Of a stretch of DNA of 64,000 nt, positions 25,822 to 35,006 are shown piece by piece. The notes below the pieces were generated by a model, which saw only the letters and a program-made list of their open reading frames with translations, was not told where the DNA came from and made no database searches. Origin of the DNA: Opitutales bacterium (lineage in GTDB: Bacteria > Verrucomicrobiota > Verrucomicrobiia > Opitutales > UBA2987); assembly GCA_021772535.1 (NCBI GenBank), contig JAJFLV010000114.1, forward strand, positions 22 through 64,021, in the 5' to 3' direction. Position 1 is the stretch's first letter; each line of letters opens with the position of its first letter. The position numbers were made by a program, and so were the translations under genes.

Positions 25822-27609
25822 ATGCCCAATTCTGAAAAAAAAGAGGAAACCGTACTACGCGGGATAGCCGCCTCGCCCGGGGTTGTCCATGGCCCTGCTT
25901 TTCTCTTTTTGCAAAAAGAGCTGGAGATCCCCTCCTATGAGGTGTCTGAGCAGAGCCGGGCTTATGAGCTGGCGCGCTTCGAGCAGGCCATTTTGGAAAC
26001 GCGCATGCAGATAAACGCCATTCGCAATGAAATTGCCGAGGAATTAGGCGAAGAGGAGGCCCAAATTTTCGATGCCCACCTTCTTGTCCTCGACGACAAG
26101 GCGTTGCTCGAGGAAACCGTTCAGGAGGTGGAGAGTACGGGTCTCAATATAGAATATTGCGTTCACCAGGTGATAACCCGCTACCTGGAAGCCTTTTCCA
26201 GTATCGATGACGAATACATCAAGGAACGGGTGACCGATATCCGCGATGTTTCCAGGCGCCTGTTGCGCAATTTGATGGGACATGCCGATTTCAGTCTTAG
26301 CAAATTGGCGGATAAAAAGATTATCGTGTCCGAGGACTTAACCCCATCGGAAACGGCTAGTATGGATAAGGGAAACGTCCTCGCCTTTGTCACCAACGAA
26401 GGCAGTCGCACAAGCCATACAACCATAATGGCTCGTTCGATCGAAGTGCCGGCGGTTGTCGGCCTGCACAACGTCACTCAGCAGGTGCAATCTGGAGATA
26501 CTCTACTGGTGGATGGTTACGAGGGTCTTGTTATCCTCCACCCCACCAACGAGCGGCTCCACCGTTATGGAAAAATAAAACTGGATCGGGAACACCTGCA
26601 ACAGGTTTTCCAACGCGAAGCCCTCCTCCCAGCCGAAACGGTTGACGGTCATTCCCTGGTATTAATGGCCAATATCGAAGGGACTGAAAATCTCGATCAC
26701 CTGGCCGAATTTGGCGCTCAGGGAGTTGGCCTCTTTCGCACCGAATCCCTGTTCCTTCGAGACGACTCCTTTCCCGATGAAGAAACTCAATTTCAGACCT
26801 ACCGCCTCTATGTCGAAAGGCTCAGCCCACAGCCCGTGATTATTCGCACTATCGATTTAGGCGGAGACAAGAGCACCCATGGGGACTATTTTCCGGTTAA
26901 CGAGGGGAACCCCTTCATGGGATTCAGAGCAATCCGCTTCTGCCTCGAACACACGAATATCTTCAAGGATCAGTTGCGGGCTGTTTTGCGTTCGAGCGCC
27001 TTTGGCCAGGTTAAGATTATGTTTCCCATGATTAGCGGGTTACCTGAATTATTGGCAGCCAAGCATATTCTTGACGAGGCCAAGGAAGAACTGCTTTCTC
27101 GCGGGCAGGCGTTTGACCCCCATATCCGGGTCGGCAGCATGATAGAAATTCCCAGCGCTGCTTATACAGCCGATCTGCTGGCCGAACATAGCCAGTTTTT
27201 CAGTATCGGCACCAACGACCTGATCCAATACCTGTTGGCCGTGGACCGAGTGAACGACAGGATCGCCCATCTATACCAGCCAAACCATCCGGCAGTAATT
27301 CGCACGATAAAGGCGATCATTGATTCCGGGCACAAAAAGGGCATCCCTGTGGGTGTGTGCGGAGAGATGGCCGGCGACCCCCTCTATGCTCCACTGTTGA
27401 TTGGCCTGGGTGTCGACGAGCTTAGCCTGACGCCGATCTGCTTGCCCGAAATCAAATTCCTGCTACGCAAAATCCGATTGTCGGATGCGCAAAGCCTGGC
27501 CACAAAAGTCATTCAATATGGTGATTCCAAAACTATTTTTGAGACTTTGCGCCAGTTTTATTTGGACCACGTCAATCAGCTTGATGTTAATAGCGACAGT
27601 TTTAATTAA
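25822..27609 (+). CDS. ptsI: Phosphoenolpyruvate-protein phosphotransferase (PTS enzyme I)
   Basis: It contains GSRTSHTTIMARS (phospho-His region) and the C-terminal PEP-utilising motifs GTNDLIQY and GVCGEMAGDP. The start was set at ATG 25822, although the ORF is open from GTG 25780. Confidence 0.9.
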   Translation: MPNSEKKEETVLRGIAASPGVVHGPAFLFLQKELEIPSYEVSEQSRAYELARFEQAILETRMQINAIRNEIAEELGEEEAQIFDAHLLVLDDKALLEETVQEVESTGLNIEYCVHQVITRYLEAFSSIDDEYIKERVTDIRDVSRRLLRNLMGHADFSLSKLADKKIIVSEDLTPSETASMDKGNVLAFVTNEGSRTSHTTIMARSIEVPAVVGLHNVTQQVQSGDTLLVDGYEGLVILHPTNERLHRYGKIKLDREHLQQVFQREALLPAETVDGHSLVLMANIEGTENLDHLAEFGAQGVGLFRTESLFLRDDSFPDEETQFQTYRLYVERLSPQPVIIRTIDLGGDKSTHGDYFPVNEGNPFMGFRAIRFCLEHTNIFKDQLRAVLRSSAFGQVKIMFPMISGLPELLAAKHILDEAKEELLSRGQAFDPHIRVGSMIEIPSAAYTADLLAEHSQFFSIGTNDLIQYLLAVDRVNDRIAHLYQPNHPAVIRTIKAIIDSGHKKGIPVGVCGEMAGDPLYAPLLIGLGVDELSLTPICLPEIKFLLRKIRLSDAQSLATKVIQYGDSKTIFETLRQFYLDHVNQLDVNSDSFN

Positions 27610-27659
27610 TACCTCAACCTCGATATGTCCTCTGACAATCCCTTTTTGATTATGAAAAT

Positions 27660-28415
27660 ATGGCTAGATTACAGGAAATAGTTCAATTTTGCGATGAGCG
27701 TTCTCGCCAAAGTGAAATTCCGGATTTCCCCGGAGCCATGAACGGACTCCAGGTGGCCAACAGCGGAAAGATCACAAAAATAGGCGCCGCTGTCGATGCG
27801 GGCAAGGTCCCTTTTGCTCGGGCAGTGCAGGCGGGGATTGATTTTCTGATCGTCCATCATGGCCTATTCTGGGATCCTCCTCGTCCCTTGACCGGCAGCA
27901 ATTATGAGAAAATGCGTATTTTGTTCGATGGCGATTGCGCAGTTTACGGGTGCCATGTGCCGCTCGATTGCCACCCGGAAATTGGCAACAATGTTCTCTT
28001 GGCCAAAAAACTCGGGCTTGAACCCGCGGGAGCGTTTCATGAGCACGAGGGCAATCCGATCTGCCTCATTGCCAAGTTTTCCAGCGATCGGGAGAGTTTG
28101 AAAACTGCTTTGCAGAAATTATTCAAGGGATCCGTCACGGCCATCGAATACGGCTCCACGAACCCTGCCAAAGTTGCCATTTTAACCGGTAGCGGAGCGT
28201 CTGTGACGGGTGAATTAAGACAACAAGGCATCGATACTTTCATTACCGGAGAACTGAAACAAAGCCAGTTCAATCTTGCCCAGGAGGATGGGTTGAATCT
28301 TTATCTGTGCGGACATTATGCCACGGAGACCTTCGGCGTAGCTGCTCTGGCAGAAGAAGCCGCCCGCAAGTTCGGTCTTCCCTATGAATTTGTTACCACC
28401 GAATGTCCACTTTGA
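27660..28415 (+). CDS. Nif3-family dinuclear metal-centre protein (GTP cyclohydrolase 1 type 2 homologue)
   Basis: 251 aa. It contains DFLIVHHGLFW and the CGHYATE motif typical of NIF3/YbgI. Confidence 0.8.
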   Translation: MARLQEIVQFCDERSRQSEIPDFPGAMNGLQVANSGKITKIGAAVDAGKVPFARAVQAGIDFLIVHHGLFWDPPRPLTGSNYEKMRILFDGDCAVYGCHVPLDCHPEIGNNVLLAKKLGLEPAGAFHEHEGNPICLIAKFSSDRESLKTALQKLFKGSVTAIEYGSTNPAKVAILTGSGASVTGELRQQGIDTFITGELKQSQFNLAQEDGLNLYLCGHYATETFGVAALAEEAARKFGLPYEFVTTECPL

Positions 28416-28434
28416 GTGAAACCCCAGGGAGAAT

Positions 28435-28866
28435 ATGAGTAAAAAAATCGCCATTCTGAATGGGCCGAACCTCGATCGGCTGGGAAAAAGAGAACCGGAT
28501 GTTTATGGCAGCCAGACGCTTGAAGACCTGGAAAAGGCTGTCTTGGCGGAGGCTGATTGCCTTGGTGTGGAGGTCGAGTTCTTTCAGTCCAATCACGAAG
28601 GAGCCCTGGTCGATAAAATTTCCTCCCTTGTCGACAGCGGAATCGCCGGAGTGGTCTTCAACCCCGGCGCTTACACCCATACCAGTGTGGCTTTGCGGGA
28701 TGCCATTGCCGCCTCCGGTCTTTTTGTGGTGGAAGTTCATATATCCAATGTTTACCAGCGTGAGGAATTTCGCCATAAATCCCTTACGGCACCCGTTTCA
28801 ACCGGCGCTATCGCCGGCCTGGGTTTTTACGGCTATGTTGCCGCCCTGCGGTTTTTAGCCCAATAA
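28435..28866 (+). CDS. aroQ: Type II 3-dehydroquinate dehydratase
   Basis: 143 aa. It contains ILNGPNLDRLGKREPDVYG, FQSNHEG and NPGAYTHTS. Confidence 0.93.
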   Translation: MSKKIAILNGPNLDRLGKREPDVYGSQTLEDLEKAVLAEADCLGVEVEFFQSNHEGALVDKISSLVDSGIAGVVFNPGAYTHTSVALRDAIAASGLFVVEVHISNVYQREEFRHKSLTAPVSTGAIAGLGFYGYVAALRFLAQ

Positions 28867-28990
28867 TATATCCGTCCTGAATGCAATTCTCAGCCTTCTG
28901 CGTTTGTGCAGGATGAAGAGATGCGGGATGCATGATTCAGAATGACCGGTCATTTCTAAAATCCGAAGACCTTGCTTCCCGCTTCTTCCA

Positions 28991-29500
28991 TCACATCGCG
29001 GTCATACCCCACAAGAGGAGGTGCAGGCTCAGGCAGGTGGCCAGTCCGGCGGCCAGATCGTCTACTACAATTCCCACTCCGCCGGGATAACTTTGAAGCC
29101 TGTTTATTCCAATCGGCTTGATAATATCGAAAAAACGAAAAATCCCGAAACCGATCAAAAAAATCGCCCAGGCATAACCCATTTCCAAATAGGGTTGCAG
29201 ACCGATATAACAAACCGGGACAGCCACAAATTCATCCAAAATTATCGATTTGGGATCTCTTTGATAGAGGCGTTTTTCTGCTTCCCCGCAAAATTCGATG
29301 GCTAAATAGACGGTCAAGGCCAGCAATATAAAATATGGGATATGCCCCAGAGGGAAAAAAACCACCGTATACCAGATCAAGCCGGCCGCCGAACCCACCG
29401 TACCGGGAGCTTTGCCTATTTTCCCGAGCGAGCCTAGCGTGGCAGTATTAAGAACGACAGGAGAGGGTAGAAAACGAATCCAACTTTGGCGATCCTTCAT
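28991..29500 (-). CDS. pgpA: Phosphatidylglycerophosphatase A
   Basis: 169 aa. It contains GKAPGTVGS, IILDEFV and FRFFDIIKP, motifs of the PgpA family. It lies directly downstream of pgsA. Confidence 0.85.
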   Translation of the reverse strand: MKDRQSWIRFLPSPVVLNTATLGSLGKIGKAPGTVGSAAGLIWYTVVFFPLGHIPYFILLALTVYLAIEFCGEAEKRLYQRDPKSIILDEFVAVPVCYIGLQPYLEMGYAWAIFLIGFGIFRFFDIIKPIGINRLQSYPGGVGIVVDDLAAGLATCLSLHLLLWGMTAM

Positions 29501-30097
29501 CTATTCCTTGCTTGGGAAGAGAAGCGACCAGTATTTGGCGATATATTTGCCTCCCGAGTAAACCGTCAGAACGGTAGCGAAAATAAAAAAACCGAGCCCT
29601 GCGTTGTAGATAAAAGCTTCGAAAATACTCAGATTCCAGCCTGTCCAAAGGGTAAAGTCCACATGAATGGCCGGCACGCCCAATAAGACGCTGACGGCTA
29701 TTATCTGGAACACCGTTTTTTGTTTACCCGATTTTTCCGCTGCCAGGATTTTACCTTGGCTGGCGGCTACCAGCCGTAGTCCGGTCACCAGGAACTCGCG
29801 GCAAACGATGAGTAAAACACATATGATTCCCCATGGAGGCAGGATGCCAACGGCAAGGATAACAATCAGCATGCCGACGATTAAAATCTTGTCGGTGAGA
29901 GCGTCCATCAGCTTGCCGAAGTCCGAGACGCTGTTTCGTTTACGGGCCAGATAACCATCCAGCCAGTCGGTAATTCCGCCGAATATGAAAAGGAGCAAGG
30001 CAAGGGTGGCAGCGCCCTGCCATTTCAAATAGACCAGCCCTGCGAGGATGAAAAGAATGGGCACCCGGGAGAGAGTGAGCAAATTCGGCAAGTTCAT
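29501..30097 (-). CDS. pgsA: CDP-diacylglycerol--glycerol-3-phosphate 3-phosphatidyltransferase
   Basis: It has the CDP-alcohol phosphatidyltransferase motif DWLDGYLARKRNSVSDFGKLMDALTDK. The start was set at MNLPNLLTLSR (30097), although the ORF is open to 30208. Confidence 0.88.
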   Translation of the reverse strand: MNLPNLLTLSRVPILFILAGLVYLKWQGAATLALLLFIFGGITDWLDGYLARKRNSVSDFGKLMDALTDKILIVGMLIVILAVGILPPWGIICVLLIVCREFLVTGLRLVAASQGKILAAEKSGKQKTVFQIIAVSVLLGVPAIHVDFTLWTGWNLSIFEAFIYNAGLGFFIFATVLTVYSGGKYIAKYWSLLFPSKE

Positions 30098-30209
30098 CAG
30101 ATAAGGATGAGAGGTTGCAATTTGAACGAAATAAAAACTAAGGTGGTCGATTTGTGAAATCCTTGACTCAGGCACACTAGAGATAAATTTCCCCCAACGG
30201 CAAATCAAA

Positions 30210-30695
30210 ATGAGAACGGCAATTTACCCCGGTACCTTCGACCCGGTGACCAATGGTCACCTGGACGTTCTATTTCGGGCCTCCCATATTTTTGAGAACA
30301 TTATTATCGCAGTAGCTGAGAACGAGGAGAAACACCCCTTGTTCACCTTGGAGGAAAGACTGGTCCTGATCAAGGAGAACATCTCCGAAGGTCAAAATGT
30401 GCAGGTCACTTCATTCAGTGGTTTATTGGTCGATTTTGCCCGAGAGATGGACGCCTCGGCTATTGTGCGTGGTCTCAGAGCGGTATCGGATTTTGAGTTC
30501 GAGTTTCAGCTCACGCAAATGAATCGCCATTTGGACGGCGATTTGGAAACCATTTTTCTCATGCCCAAACAGGATTACTTTTTTACCAGTTCGAGTTTGA
30601 TCAAGCAAGTGGCGCGCTTCCATGGGAAAATTGACTACCTTGTTCCCCCCAACGTGTCCAAAGCCCTCCGTCATAAATTCGGGCATCAACATTAG
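30210..30695 (+). CDS. coaD: Phosphopantetheine adenylyltransferase
   Basis: 161 aa. The N-terminus is [16 protein letters not shown]. Confidence 0.93.
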   Translation: MRTAIYPGTFDPVTNGHLDVLFRASHIFENIIIAVAENEEKHPLFTLEERLVLIKENISEGQNVQVTSFSGLLVDFAREMDASAIVRGLRAVSDFEFEFQLTQMNRHLDGDLETIFLMPKQDYFFTSSSLIKQVARFHGKIDYLVPPNVSKALRHKFGHQH

Positions 30696-30761
30696 GGATC
30701 CTGCGAATAACTGGAAGCGTCCCGATCTCCTGCTTTTACCCTCCCTCGGTTCTAAAGGCTG

Positions 30762-32168
30762 ATGCCCATAATTGTGAAACCTGCCGACCCCAATATAAAA
30801 GAAAACTCCGGGGGGAAAATAATGGGAGTCATTTTTCTGACTCTTTTTATAGATTTGGTCGGGTTTTCCATTATTTTTCCTCTCTTTCCGGCCATGCTCG
30901 ACTACTACCTGCCAAAAGAGGGGGAGGGGAGTTTTCTGGCCATAATCCTCGATTGGCTAAGTGACCTGGCGCATGCAGGCGGTAGCCAGGTCGGGACGAC
31001 ATTTTTCACCTATGTGTTATTTGGCGGTTTGCTGGGCTCACTCTATTCACTATTGCAGTTTGTCTTCGCCCCATTCTGGGGGCGCCTGTCGGATCGCTAT
31101 GGGCGTAGGCCGGTTTTGCTATTGACGATATTGGGCAATACTCTCGGTTACCTCTTGTGGGCCTTCAGTGGTTCTTTCTGGTTATTGTTGGCCTCCCGAA
31201 TCTTGAATGGTGCCAGCAGCGGCAATCTGTCGGTGGCCACCGCAGCGGTGGCCGATGTTACCGCATCGGAAAAACGTTCCAGAGGGATGGCCCTGATAGG
31301 CGTGGCGTTTGGCCTTGGTTTTCTCGTCGGTCCGGCCATCGGCGGGTACTCCTCAATTTTCGATTTAACCGATATTATGCCCCAATCGGTCCATTACGGT
31401 CTTAATCCCTTTTCCACTCCCGCCTTTATAGCTTTCTTTCTCTCGATCATTAATCTCCTCTGGGTTCTCCTCAAGTTTAGGGAAACCTTGCCGCCATCCA
31501 GGCGTGAAGCCAAAGTTGAAAAATTATCTCCAGGCACCGCCGCGGGTAGAATATTCGGGCGGGAGATGAGTCCGGCGGCAAGGGCAAACTTGGTCTATTT
31601 CATCTTTATTCTGGCATTCAGCGGAATGGAGTTTACCCTCACCTTTCTTTCCTTCGAGCGACTAAGCTATGGGCCGGTGAATAATGCCAATATGTTCCTT
31701 TTCATCGGTTTTTCCCTGATTTTCGTGCAAGGAGGGCTGGTCCACAGTCTAGTCCCGAAAATTGGTGAAAAACGGCTTCTTTTGGGAGGTTTTATCAGCG
31801 GATCGGTAGCATTCGGCTTTTTGGCTTTTGCCTCGAGCTGGTTCTACTTTTATATCGGCCTGGGCCTGTTGGCTCTTGGAGCCGGGTTATCGACACCCAC
31901 ACTTACCGCTCTCGTATCCCTCTATTCAAGCGAAGCCGAGCAAGGCCGTGTCATGGGTGCATTCCGCTCCGCTGGCTCATTGGGTAGAGCAATCGGGCCG
32001 CTTTTGGCAGCCGCAGTATACTGGTATTTTGGCTCGCGGGCCTCCTACCTCTATGGATCATTAGCTATTCTATTACCTTTAATTCTGGCTCTTCCCCTTC
32101 CACGACCCCCACAAAAGGCCTCCATAGTGGTCGTGCCTAGCCCTAAAGAACGGAATTTTCCGGTTTGA
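30762..32168 (+). CDS. MFS transporter
   Basis: It has about 12 predicted hydrophobic helices and the MFS loop motif GRLSDRYGRRPVL. The start may be 30822 (MGVIFLTLF). Confidence 0.8.
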   Translation: MPIIVKPADPNIKENSGGKIMGVIFLTLFIDLVGFSIIFPLFPAMLDYYLPKEGEGSFLAIILDWLSDLAHAGGSQVGTTFFTYVLFGGLLGSLYSLLQFVFAPFWGRLSDRYGRRPVLLLTILGNTLGYLLWAFSGSFWLLLASRILNGASSGNLSVATAAVADVTASEKRSRGMALIGVAFGLGFLVGPAIGGYSSIFDLTDIMPQSVHYGLNPFSTPAFIAFFLSIINLLWVLLKFRETLPPSRREAKVEKLSPGTAAGRIFGREMSPAARANLVYFIFILAFSGMEFTLTFLSFERLSYGPVNNANMFLFIGFSLIFVQGGLVHSLVPKIGEKRLLLGGFISGSVAFGFLAFASSWFYFYIGLGLLALGAGLSTPTLTALVSLYSSEAEQGRVMGAFRSAGSLGRAIGPLLAAAVYWYFGSRASYLYGSLAILLPLILALPLPRPPQKASIVVVPSPKERNFPV

Positions 32169-33153
32169 GCTGCCGGTTCATCAAGTCTGCAATAGATTCC
32201 CCGGGATTTTTTCCCGCGTATAGGACGGTATGCACTTCGTTCAGAATCGGCGCATCCAACCCGTGCTCGCGGCAAAGTAAATGAAAGCATTCCGTGGTGC
32301 GGTAACCTTCCACTGTCATCTTTCTTTTCCCGATTAAATCTTCGATTGATTCTCCTTGTGCAATAAGCTGCCCGAAAGTGCGGTTGCGGCTTTGTTGCCC
32401 ATTACAGGTAAGAAGCAAATCTCCACATCCGCTCAAACCGTAAAATGTCTCAGCCTGGCCTCCCAAGCGTGTGCCCAAACGAATCATTTCGGCCAGGGAG
32501 CGAGTGAGTAAGGTAGCCTTGGCATTCTCACCCAAATCCAGGCCGTCACAAATGCCTGCCCCTATGGCATAAACATTTTTCAGGCAGGAACCAAGTTCCA
32601 CACCGATTAAATCCGAACTCGTGTAAACTCGCAGGCTTCGGTTGCTGAAGGCTTCTTGGGCCGCTTCAATGAACTTCCCTTCGGCGTCAGCCGCGAAAAC
32701 CATCGCTGTGGGTTTCCCCATTGCCACTTCACTGGCAAATGTGGGTCCAGTCAATGTGCCGTGAATGTACTCCGGAAGCACCTCCGAGAGGATTTCGACC
32801 GGTTTTTTCAGGGTATCCTTTTCAAGACCTTTGCAAAGAGTGACGAACAACTTGAGCTGAAGGGCGGAATCCAGGTGTGGTCGAATACGCTCACATAACT
32901 CTCGCAGTCCCTTCGACGGGGCGGCCAGCAAAACGGCCTCGGCTTCCATCAAAATCGGTTTTAACTTCCACCCGATCTGGATGCTCGGTTCAATGGGAAT
33001 GTTCGCCAGATACGCCTGGTTTTCCCGAGTTGTGGACATTTCGAGGGCGTGCTCCATACGCCGTGGAGCAAGAGTGACGGTATTCCCGGCCCTGGCCAAA
33101 TGAATCGCCATGGCTGTGCCCCAGGCGCCTGCACCTAAGATGCATATATTCAA
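32143..33153 (-). CDS. gpsA: NAD(P)H-dependent glycerol-3-phosphate dehydrogenase
   Basis: 336 aa with a TTG start. It contains the Rossmann motif NICILGAGAWGTAMA and the GpsA-typical GLKNVYAIGAGI-like region. Confidence 0.9.
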   Translation of the reverse strand: MNICILGAGAWGTAMAIHLARAGNTVTLAPRRMEHALEMSTTRENQAYLANIPIEPSIQIGWKLKPILMEAEAVLLAAPSKGLRELCERIRPHLDSALQLKLFVTLCKGLEKDTLKKPVEILSEVLPEYIHGTLTGPTFASEVAMGKPTAMVFAADAEGKFIEAAQEAFSNRSLRVYTSSDLIGVELGSCLKNVYAIGAGICDGLDLGENAKATLLTRSLAEMIRLGTRLGGQAETFYGLSGCGDLLLTCNGQQSRNRTFGQLIAQGESIEDLIGKRKMTVEGYRTTECFHLLCREHGLDAPILNEVHTVLYAGKNPGESIADLMNRQLKPENSVL

Positions 33154-33157
33154 GGTT

Positions 33158-33739
33158 TTAGTTCTTTCCTTGAGTTTTCCTGATATCTTCCAATTGGGGT
33201 AAAACGACCTCTTTGTAGCAACCGGGGCAAATGCTGTGACTGAAATTCGTCCCAGTTTTTTGACCGATATAAGTTTCCACTTGCTGCCAGTAGTTATTAT
33301 CGTCTCGCACTTTCTTACAATAGGAACATATTGGCAGCATGCTTTCCAGATGAGTTATCTGGGTGGTATAACTAAGTATCCGCTCAGCCACCCGCAGGCG
33401 CATCCAGATTTGATCTCTGTCCAGCGGTTTGGCCAGAAAATCGTCGATACCGGCCCCCATTGCTTCCATATAGGATTCCTTGTCTTGCGCTTTGGCCGTC
33501 AGGAGAATGAAATAAGTATATTCTGTATTTTCCCTTTCCCGCACTTTTCGGCAAAAGTCGAGTCCGTCGAGTTTTGGCATCAACCAGTCGCTGACAATCA
33601 CTCGGTAGGGAAATCGATTATGGGCGTTCCAGGCATCTTCCCCATTGTCAAATGGATCAACCTGATGGCCTAGCTGCTCCAGAGTGGTAATGAGCAGTTT
33701 GCGAGAAAGTAAGTCATCTTCAGCGATTAATATATTCAT
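33158..33739 (-). CDS. Response regulator (CheY-like receiver) with a C-terminal Cys4 module
   Basis: The receiver begins ILIAEDD and contains VIVSDWLMPKLDG. The C-terminus is PICSYCKKVRDDNNYWQQVETYI...HSICPGCY, with two CxxC pairs. Confidence 0.85.
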   Translation of the reverse strand: MNILIAEDDLLSRKLLITTLEQLGHQVDPFDNGEDAWNAHNRFPYRVIVSDWLMPKLDGLDFCRKVRERENTEYTYFILLTAKAQDKESYMEAMGAGIDDFLAKPLDRDQIWMRLRVAERILSYTTQITHLESMLPICSYCKKVRDDNNYWQQVETYIGQKTGTNFSHSICPGCYKEVVLPQLEDIRKTQGKN

Positions 33740-33892
33740 GGTCTAACAATAAATCGTAGATCTTCGCTGGGTATTTATAAAAAGAATTATCAGACTAATT
33801 CGGCAATGGCCAATATTTGAGACCATGGTTTACCGAAACTGACGTAATTAGGGAATTTGTTCCTTTTTGCAAACAGCAAAAACAGGAAACGC

Positions 33893-34396
33893 TCAATTCT
33901 CCGAATCTTGCACTCTCAGTTTCGTCAGGCCTGTTCGCAAGATGCCGTCGCTCAGAATTCGGACCCGCAGACCCCCTCGATGAACCAAAAAATCTTCCAG
34001 ACCGGGGGCAACCGCTTCGTCCATCCAGTAGCAGGGGCTGCATTCCTCGCTTCCCTCGAACAGTATGCCGGATAGCTCAAATCTCTTTCCAATCAAACTG
34101 TTCAAGTGGACCCCCTGAATGAGAATGTTGCGACGGAAGTTGGCCGGATTCATTTGTGGCAGGTCAAAACGCTCCCTCACCTGTTGAAAGACTGACCAGT
34201 CGAAAAAGGTGGCCTGGCCCTTGAAGTTTTCCGCGTGCCCGAAATAGCGGTCTCCCTCAATGCCTTGGCCAGTTTTTAAACTCGCTTCCTCAAGACTGTT
34301 CACCGGATGATTTCCCCGAGGCCCGCCGTGATGGCCCTTGAAATCATGTCCGGATGAAATGTAAATGCCGTGTATTCGGACTGATATGGTTGCCAT
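33893..34396 (-). CDS. MOSC-domain protein
   Basis: 167 aa. The motif GIEGDRY and the overall beta-barrel-like composition fit the MOSC family. It is the last gene of the redox operon. Confidence 0.6.
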   Translation of the reverse strand: MATISVRIHGIYISSGHDFKGHHGGPRGNHPVNSLEEASLKTGQGIEGDRYFGHAENFKGQATFFDWSVFQQVRERFDLPQMNPANFRRNILIQGVHLNSLIGKRFELSGILFEGSEECSPCYWMDEAVAPGLEDFLVHRGGLRVRILSDGILRTGLTKLRVQDSEN

Positions 34397-34397
34397 T

Positions 34398-34991
34398 TCA
34401 ATTCAATTTTGATCTTTGTGAGGACGGTACAACATTGAGCGAAACGGGAGTAGATTCGCAATAGAAAACGCAGAGGCCGCAGCCAACGCATAATTCTTTT
34501 TCCAGAACGGGTTTTCGATTTCGCATCGTTATGGCCTTGATATCAGATGGGCAGGTTACCGCACAACGATCACAAAGAATGCCCTCCTCGGCAAGGCAGG
34601 TTTCCAGATTTAAAACTGCTTTTCCAATCGGTGAAGTTTCATCCTTTCTTTTCCTGTCAAAAACCAGGGCTCCCGTTGGGCAGGCTTCAATGCAAGGCAT
34701 GTCCGGGCACCATCGGCAGGCATTGTTGTTTGGATTGAGCGTAGGCGTTCCCTCAAGACCCCCAGCAGCAGGGCCGAGGTGAAAAATTACATCGTGTGGA
34801 CAGGCTCTCGAACAATCCGGGCAGCCCTCGCAAAGTGAGAGAAATTCCTCCTCCTTCTTTCGCGCCCCGGGCGGACGGAAAACCTCCATTGGCTCCTTCC
34901 CGTTTTCGGTCTTCTCATCCTCAAAGACTAAACCGGAAATATCGGAGAATCCTAACTTGAAAAGCTGCCTGCGGGTAATTTTTATGCTCAT
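34398..34991 (-). CDS. NapF-like multi-[4Fe-4S] ferredoxin
   Basis: 197 aa. It has an N-terminal RRQLFK twin-Arg-like motif and four Cys clusters: CEGCPDCSRACP, CRWCPDMPCIEACP, CLAEEGILCDRCAVTCP and CVGCGLCVFYC. Confidence 0.65.
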   Translation of the reverse strand: MSIKITRRQLFKLGFSDISGLVFEDEKTENGKEPMEVFRPPGARKKEEEFLSLCEGCPDCSRACPHDVIFHLGPAAGGLEGTPTLNPNNNACRWCPDMPCIEACPTGALVFDRKRKDETSPIGKAVLNLETCLAEEGILCDRCAVTCPSDIKAITMRNRKPVLEKELCVGCGLCVFYCESTPVSLNVVPSSQRSKLN

Positions 34992-35006
34992 GGCATGAGA
35001 GTCTTT

